DNA from: a virus
Taxonomy: Duplodnaviria > Heunggongvirae > Uroviricota > Caudoviricetes
Virus record (IMG/VR): IMGVR_UViG_2563366942_000017
Location: 1-40,985 of that record
Direction: 5' to 3' (one strand)
Length of the DNA: 40,985 bases
Position numbers and translations under genes: made by a program
The notes under the pieces: model-generated
What the model was told of the DNA's origin: nothing
Database searches by the model: none
What the model saw: the letters and a program-made list of their open reading frames with translations, nothing else
In this document: positions 35,961-40,985 of the stretch, piece by piece
How the letters are laid out: each line of letters opens with the position of its first letter
How positions within the stretch are numbered: position 1 is the first letter of the stretch

Positions 35961-35979
35961 CAGACCGAGGTAACAAGTT

Positions 35980-36132
35980 ATGCAGTGGAAAATCATCAAC
36001 GGTTGGTACTGCGTTACTGCATGCGGATTCATGAGCTGGAAGTTCCGCACCTTACAGGAAGGCATTAAGTGGGCTTTCGTCAGCAAAGAAGCTCGCGATG
36101 TAGCCAACGATAACGAGATATGGGAGGGCTGA
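35980..36132 (+). CDS. Small Trp-rich protein (50 aa), first gene of early-left operon
   Basis: Not in ORF track; ATG with GAGGTAA SD; stop 2 nt before next gene start. Confidence 0.3.
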   Translation: MQWKIINGWYCVTACGFMSWKFRTLQEGIKWAFVSKEARDVANDNEIWEG

Positions 36133-36134
36133 TA

Positions 36135-36434
36135 ATGAACGTTAATCAGCAGAAAAATCTTCAAAAAATCATGCTGGCATTCGACAAGGACTACCGCCTG
36201 TCAGAACAGCTATATGACCGACAAGTTGAACTGATTGAGAGCATCCGACTTCATCAACTGTCCTCAACTTTCGACGTTGTAACAGGCAAAGGCGTTCGTC
36301 AGGAAGTACTGGAGGCTGCTAAAGACAGCCCTGAGTTCGAAGAACTGATGGATGCCTATCGGCGAGAGGCAATGGCAATTATCGCCCGCTGGGATCTGGC
36401 GGATCAGCTTGATGGACAGAGGGACGCGGCATGA
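36135..36434 (+). CDS. Hypothetical early protein
   Basis: About 100 aa, internal ATG 36135 preferred; stop overlaps exonuclease start (ATGA). Confidence 0.4.
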   Translation: MNVNQQKNLQKIMLAFDKDYRLSEQLYDRQVELIESIRLHQLSSTFDVVTGKGVRQEVLEAAKDSPEFEELMDAYRREAMAIIARWDLADQLDGQRDAA

Positions 36435-37252
36435 AACCGGGAATTTATTTCGACATCAGCAACGAAGACTACCACGCCGGTGACGGCGTGAGTAAGTCGC
36501 AACTGGACATGGTTGCCAAGAATCCGGCGCTTCTTAAATGGGTTCAGGCAGCACCAGAAGACGAAGAGAAAAAGTCTGCACTGGATATGGGAACCGCATT
36601 GCACTGTCTGCTTCTGGAGCCTGGAGAGTTCGACAAACGCTTCATTGTTTCACCGAAATTCGATCGTCGGACGAAACAAGGTAAAGCTGACGAAGAGGCA
36701 TTTCTTCGTGATGTGGCGGATATGGTGATTACGGTACTTGATGCCGAGCAGTGGCGGAAACTGGAGCTTATGCGTGATAGCGCAATGGCTCATCCGGCGG
36801 CACGCTGGATGTTGGAAGCACCTGGTTACTGCGAAGCATCAATGTACTGGAACGATGAAGAGACGGGTGAGTTGTGCCGAATTCGTCCAGACAAATGGCT
36901 GAACGAGCACAACGTGATCGTCGACGTGAAAAAGGTTGCAGATATGGACCGTTTTGCACGCCACATCGAGGAATTCCGCTACCACGTGCAGGACGCAATG
37001 TACCGCGAAGGCGCAATGAGGGTTACTGGTCAGCCGCATGGTTTTTTCTTTCTTGCCGTGAGCGAAAGCATTGATTGTGGTCGGTATCCGGTACGCGTGT
37101 TCGAGCTGGATGCGCAGGATGTCGATGCCGGGCACGCTCTGTTCCGCCGGGATCTGAATACCTATCACGAATGCCGCATCAATGATGAATGGGGCGGTGT
37201 GGAAATCATTAAACGCCCTGAGTGGGCACGCAAACAGGATATGTACATATGA
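36431..37252 (+). CDS. PD-(D/E)XK-family exonuclease (RecE/YqaJ-like recombination exonuclease)
   Basis: 273 aa; conserved D...E.K-type nuclease signature region (IRPDKW...VDVKK); directly upstream of RecT with ATGA overlap. Confidence 0.55.
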   Translation: MKPGIYFDISNEDYHAGDGVSKSQLDMVAKNPALLKWVQAAPEDEEKKSALDMGTALHCLLLEPGEFDKRFIVSPKFDRRTKQGKADEEAFLRDVADMVITVLDAEQWRKLELMRDSAMAHPAARWMLEAPGYCEASMYWNDEETGELCRIRPDKWLNEHNVIVDVKKVADMDRFARHIEEFRYHVQDAMYREGAMRVTGQPHGFFFLAVSESIDCGRYPVRVFELDAQDVDAGHALFRRDLNTYHECRINDEWGGVEIIKRPEWARKQDMYI

Positions 37253-38190
37253 GCAACGACATCGCAAACATCAACGCACCAGTAGACACAGCAATCGCTG
37301 GAACTGCTGCAACTATTTTCAGCCCAGACGGCTTGAACCAACTGATGAAATTCGCCGAGGTAATGGCGCAAAGCCGCGTAACGGTACCGGCGCACCTCGC
37401 CGGGAAACCAGCTGATTGCATGGCCGTGGCAATGCAGGCTGCGCAGTGGGGAATGAACCCGTTTGCCGTGGCTCAGAAAACCCATGTTGTGAACGGCACG
37501 CTAGGTTATGAAGCCCAATTAGTAAACGCAGTTATCTCAACGATGTCGCCAACAAAAGATCGCATCAACTACGAGTGGTTCGGGCCGTGGGAACGCGTGA
37601 TCGGTAAGTTTGTTGAGAAAACATCCAAAAACGGCAATCCATATATCGCACCAGGCTGGACTCTAAAAGACGAAGAAGGCTGCGGTGTTCGCGTATGGGC
37701 AACCATGAAGGGCGAGGATCAACCTCGAGTGCTTGAGTTAATGCTGTCTCAAGCACAGGTAAGAAACTCCACACTTTGGGCCAGTGATCCGAAACAACAA
37801 CTCGCATACCTTGCGACAAAACGCTGGTCTCGCCTGCACTGTCCTGACGTAATCATGGGCGTCTACACCCCAGACGAATTACAGGAAACGGCACCGCGCG
37901 TTGAGCGAGACATTACTCCGCAAACGACCACTGCTGCGGGAATGAACAGTCTGATCAACGCTAAACCAGCGAAAAAGCCTGATGAGCAAACGCGTAAATC
38001 GGATAGCCGTGATCCAGAAGAAATGCTGATGGCCTTTACCAGCGCAGCGATGAATTACAGCACTGTCTCCGAACTGGATAAGGCTTACAAATACATTGCA
38101 CAAAAACTTTCAGATGATGACGAACTGCTGGCAAAAGCCACCGACGTTTACAGCGTTCGTCGGGAAGAATTAAACGAAACATCTATGTAA
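37249..38190 (+). CDS. recT: RecT-family single-strand annealing recombinase
   Basis: Motif-level resemblance to RecT (AQLVNAVI...WTLKDEEGCGVRVWA...); paired with exonuclease as in Rac recET. Confidence 0.65.
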   Translation: MSNDIANINAPVDTAIAGTAATIFSPDGLNQLMKFAEVMAQSRVTVPAHLAGKPADCMAVAMQAAQWGMNPFAVAQKTHVVNGTLGYEAQLVNAVISTMSPTKDRINYEWFGPWERVIGKFVEKTSKNGNPYIAPGWTLKDEEGCGVRVWATMKGEDQPRVLELMLSQAQVRNSTLWASDPKQQLAYLATKRWSRLHCPDVIMGVYTPDELQETAPRVERDITPQTTTAAGMNSLINAKPAKKPDEQTRKSDSRDPEEMLMAFTSAAMNYSTVSELDKAYKYIAQKLSDDDELLAKATDVYSVRREELNETSM

Positions 38191-38239
38191 CCACCACCGC
38201 GGCGCCACGCGCGCCGCACTGCAACCAAGAGAGGTATTT

Positions 38240-38488
38240 ATGAAAGGTGCATTAGGTAAGAAGGAACTCCTGGCGGTGGTGCCACTGTCATGGAGCACTA
38301 TCGACCGTATGGAGCGCGCAGGGGAATTTCCTAAACGCTGGTATATCACTGACAAACGCTGCGCATGGAACCGTGACGAAGTTGAGCGTTGGCTTGATGA
38401 ACGTCAGGCAGCAAGCCCGGCAGAGTTCCAGGGTAAAAAGCCTCCTGTTCAGCAACGTGTATATCGTCCTGTGAGCAACGCTGCATGA
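38240..38488 (+). CDS. AlpA-family excisionase/transcriptional regulator
   Basis: 82 aa; LSWSTIDRMERAGEFPKRWYITDKRCAWNRDEVERWL matches AlpA/Xis HTH pattern. Confidence 0.55.
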   Translation: MKGALGKKELLAVVPLSWSTIDRMERAGEFPKRWYITDKRCAWNRDEVERWLDERQAASPAEFQGKKPPVQQRVYRPVSNAA

Positions 38489-38597
38489 GTGCGCTGCTAA
38501 GGCACTGGAGCAAATGGTCAGGATGGTACTTATTCCTGGCCTCTGTTTCAGCATGGCTTTATCTGCTGGCATTAATTTTCAGAGAGGGTTGGATTAA

Positions 38598-38897
38598 GTG
38601 AGAAAGTTAAGCCGACTTGAAAAATATCACATGAACAAGGTTTCAATGCGCAGCCCTTCAAAGATTGTCGCCGTTACTCCTGCGGCGATAGAGATCGAAA
38701 AACGCGCGATTGAAAGAGAGAAAAAAGGGCAATTCCGCATTGCCGCTCACCTTTGGCTTCAGTGTATGGATGTTGCTTCTGGTGATGTTGAACGTGCAAG
38801 GATCGCGGTTCGCAGGGACCAATGTATCACAAAAGGTAACGGCCTTCGCCGTGGCGACTATAGCGGCATAGGATGTTGTGGGGTGGTTTATGACTAA
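38598..38897 (+). CDS. Hypothetical protein
   Basis: ORF-track start is GTG; alternative ATG at 38631; overlaps methylase start. Confidence 0.3.
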   Translation: MRKLSRLEKYHMNKVSMRSPSKIVAVTPAAIEIEKRAIEREKKGQFRIAAHLWLQCMDVASGDVERARIAVRRDQCITKGNGLRRGDYSGIGCCGVVYD

Positions 38898-39540
38898 GAA
38901 ATACACACTAATCTATGCAGATCCACCCTGGGTATACCGGGACAAAGCCGCAGATGGTAATCGCGGTGCCGGTTTTAAATATCCTGTTATGAGTGTGCTG
39001 GATATCTGCCGCCTTCCTGTGTGGGATTTGGCCGATGAAAACTGTCTGTTGGCCATGTGGTGGGTGCCAACACAACCACTCGAAGCACTAAAAGTTGTTG
39101 AAGCCTGGGGATTCCGTCTGATGACGATGAAGGGCTTCACGTGGATAAAATGTGGTAGTCGACAACCAGATAAACTGGTTATGGGTATGGGACACATGAC
39201 TCGCGCCAATAGTGAAGATTGCCTGTTTGCGGTAAAGGGAAAACTACCTACGCGCATTAATGCAGGGATCGTTCAGTCATTTACCGCACCGCGGCTTGAG
39301 CATTCAAGAAAGCCAGATATCGTTCGTGAAAAACTTGTGCAATTATTAGGCGATGTTTCTCGCATTGAACTGTTCGCCCGCCAGACGTCTCATGGCTTCG
39401 ATGTTTGGGGTAATCAGTGCGAAGACCCGGCAGTGCAACTACACCCTGGATACGCGTTGGATATTGGCGGATTAACAAATGCATTCAGCAATGCTCCGCT
39501 GTCACCAACAGACATCCAGGGGCGGGAGCGTGCTGCATGA
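38890..39540 (+). CDS. MT-A70-family N6-adenine DNA methyltransferase
   Basis: Catalytic DPPW motif (YADPPWVY) near N-terminus; internal ATG 38890 with GGGGTGG SD. Confidence 0.7.
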   Translation: MTKKYTLIYADPPWVYRDKAADGNRGAGFKYPVMSVLDICRLPVWDLADENCLLAMWWVPTQPLEALKVVEAWGFRLMTMKGFTWIKCGSRQPDKLVMGMGHMTRANSEDCLFAVKGKLPTRINAGIVQSFTAPRLEHSRKPDIVREKLVQLLGDVSRIELFARQTSHGFDVWGNQCEDPAVQLHPGYALDIGGLTNAFSNAPLSPTDIQGRERAA

Positions 39541-39731
39541 ACAGGGCATCACCAGCAGATTTAAGAAAATGCCTTGAAACTGCAAACATGCTTGCACACA
39601 GCGGGATCAGGTTTGTTCCAATTCCCGCTGTCACTGATGCTGAATTTGCAACACTGTCAGCAATATTCGAAAACAAAATTGAATCACTGGCAGCAGAAGC
39701 AGAGATGGAAGAAAATCAGCAGAACTATTAA
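39537..39731 (+). CDS. Small hypothetical protein
   Basis: 64 aa from internal ATG overlapping methylase stop (ATGA). Confidence 0.35.
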   Translation: MNRASPADLRKCLETANMLAHSGIRFVPIPAVTDAEFATLSAIFENKIESLAAEAEMEENQQNY

Positions 39732-39734
39732 ACG

Positions 39735-40985
39735 TTATTCCCCCGCCATCCACTTCTCAAACTTCGACGGGGAGAACGGAATCAGATCCGTATGCTCCCC
39801 GTCAATCCATGAATCAATCATATCGGCCCACTGCTGCAACATGTAGGCGCGCTGTCTGGCGTATTCCGCTTTGTTATATACGGCGCGCACACCTTTCTGC
39901 TCATGTGCCAGAGCCTTTTCAATCCAGTCTGAAGGATAACCAGCCTCATGCAACAACGTACTGGCTGTACGGCGCATATCATGTACAGTGAAGTCCTGAA
40001 TATGCTCACCATCTTCATTTATTATTTTCACCGTTCTGTCGATCAGAGAGTTCAGCGCGGCATTAGATAATGGCTTCCGGAAATTGTAACGACCAGGAAC
40101 CAGATATTCACTTCCACCAGCGCACATCTGCAACCCGACCAATATATCCTGTGCCTGTTTAGGCAGGTAAATAACGTGCGCCCGGCTTCCCTTCATGCGG
40201 TCTGGAGGAATTGTCCATGTCCATTTTTTAAAATCTATTTCATCCCACGTTGCATTGGTGAATTCGCCCTTACGAACCATAGTGATAAGCACCAGTTTTA
40301 AAGCCATTTTCATAGTGCCCATAGCACCAATGGCATCCAGCGTGCGGAAGAACAGGCCAATTTCTTCTGGTGTCAGTGTTCGCTCTCGTGGTTTAAATAT
40401 GGCGATAGACGAAGGTTTAATGTCAGCCGCAGGATTAAACAAACCATGACCACGGTCATTGGCGTGACGGTATACGCTACTGATGATCTCCCTGGCCTGC
40501 ACTGCTGTTGCCCGGCCACCGCGTTCGACAATCCGGTCACACAAATCACGAACCATCGATGTGGTAATTTCAGCCATCATTTTATTGCCAAGAACCGGAA
40601 GTATGTCACGGTCGATCACCGCCTGTTTCATTGCGCGGGTACTGTCAGCCAGGATGACGTGTTTCATATAACTGTCGGTATGTACCGCAAACGTCTCGGC
40701 ACCACGAATCTTTTTGATACCGTCACGTTTAGCCGCAGCCGGTGACTGGCCTGCTTTAAGCAGCTTCTTTGCAGCAATCAGTTCTTCTCGCGCTTCTGCC
40801 AGGCTGATACCGTCACGCCCATACTGCCCGATTACCAGTGTTTCGCGGCGACCGTTGATACGGTAGTCATAGCGAAACGAGACCGTGCCTGACGTAAGCA
40901 CAGCTACATACAGCCCGTCACGATCGGAGACTTTGTATAGTTTGTCCTGCGGCTTGAGGTTTTTTAATTTTGTATCGGTAAGCAC
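39735..40985 (-). CDS. int: Tyrosine integrase, P4-like; 5' end at window edge
   Basis: N-terminal LTDTKLKNLKP arm-binding motif, C-terminal catalytic R...HDMRRT...Y region; ORF begins with GTG at the last window bases so true start may lie just outside. Confidence 0.85.
   Translation of the reverse strand: MLTDTKLKNLKPQDKLYKVSDRDGLYVAVLTSGTVSFRYDYRINGRRETLVIGQYGRDGISLAEAREELIAAKKLLKAGQSPAAAKRDGIKKIRGAETFAVHTDSYMKHVILADSTRAMKQAVIDRDILPVLGNKMMAEITTSMVRDLCDRIVERGGRATAVQAREIISSVYRHANDRGHGLFNPAADIKPSSIAIFKPRERTLTPEEIGLFFRTLDAIGAMGTMKMALKLVLITMVRKGEFTNATWDEIDFKKWTWTIPPDRMKGSRAHVIYLPKQAQDILVGLQMCAGGSEYLVPGRYNFRKPLSNAALNSLIDRTVKIINEDGEHIQDFTVHDMRRTASTLLHEAGYPSDWIEKALAHEQKGVRAVYNKAEYARQRAYMLQQWADMIDSWIDGEHTDLIPFSPSKFEKWMAGE

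Larger units (their letters stand above)
1143..40985. mobile_element. Temperate prophage (epsilon15-like podovirus structural module with lambdoid-type regulation), extends past right window edge
   Basis: Contiguous phage gene set: lysis, tailspike, internal virion proteins, tail tube, capsid, scaffold, portal, terminases, replication O/P-like, cro/repressor, exo/RecT, integrase; left boundary inferred between host terminator and spanin gene; right att site not in window. Confidence 0.8.

Noticed and set aside
1-40985. CRISPR array, IS element, transposase or rRNA
   Set aside because: No regularly spaced repeat-spacer structure, no transposase-like ORF and no rRNA-like sequence seen; the only direct-repeat array is the iteron cluster at 34087-34235

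Overview
The window is almost entirely one ~40-kb temperate prophage (about 1143 to the window end), flanked on the left by two host-like genes (1-1071) and ending inside a P4-type tyrosine integrase at the right edge. All calls are made by eye from the sequence and ORF track; no searches were run, and hand-indexed motif coordinates may be off by 1-2 nt. Gene order, minus strand unless noted: spanin/endolysin/holin lysis cassette (1268-3113), tailspike (3338-6187), an AT-rich accessory region (6270-11200), T7-like internal virion and tail-tube proteins (11209-21058), head genes and portal (21055-25935), a plus-strand tRNA-Arg(UCU) moron (26583-27233), terminases (27324-29392), nin-like genes, P-like and O-like replication genes with iterons, a cro-like gene, then a divergent plus-strand two-HTH repressor and a recombination operon (exonuclease, RecT, AlpA-like, MT-A70 methylase) converging on the integrase. 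The structural module resembles epsilon15-like podoviruses (from memory). Most notable: (i) a 17-bp palindrome ATTACC-N5-GGTAAT at 10 perfect plus several imperfect sites, at both switch regions and in front of accessory cassettes; (ii) two consensus LexA boxes before a small antirepressor-like gene, while the repressor has no autocleavage domain; (iii) two antirepressor genes with identical C-terminal modules in inverted orientation bracketing a YafO-like toxin cassette; (iv) a P22 immI-like Arc/Ant/Mnt region followed by an AT-rich membrane-protein gene. No CRISPR array, IS element or rRNA was seen.
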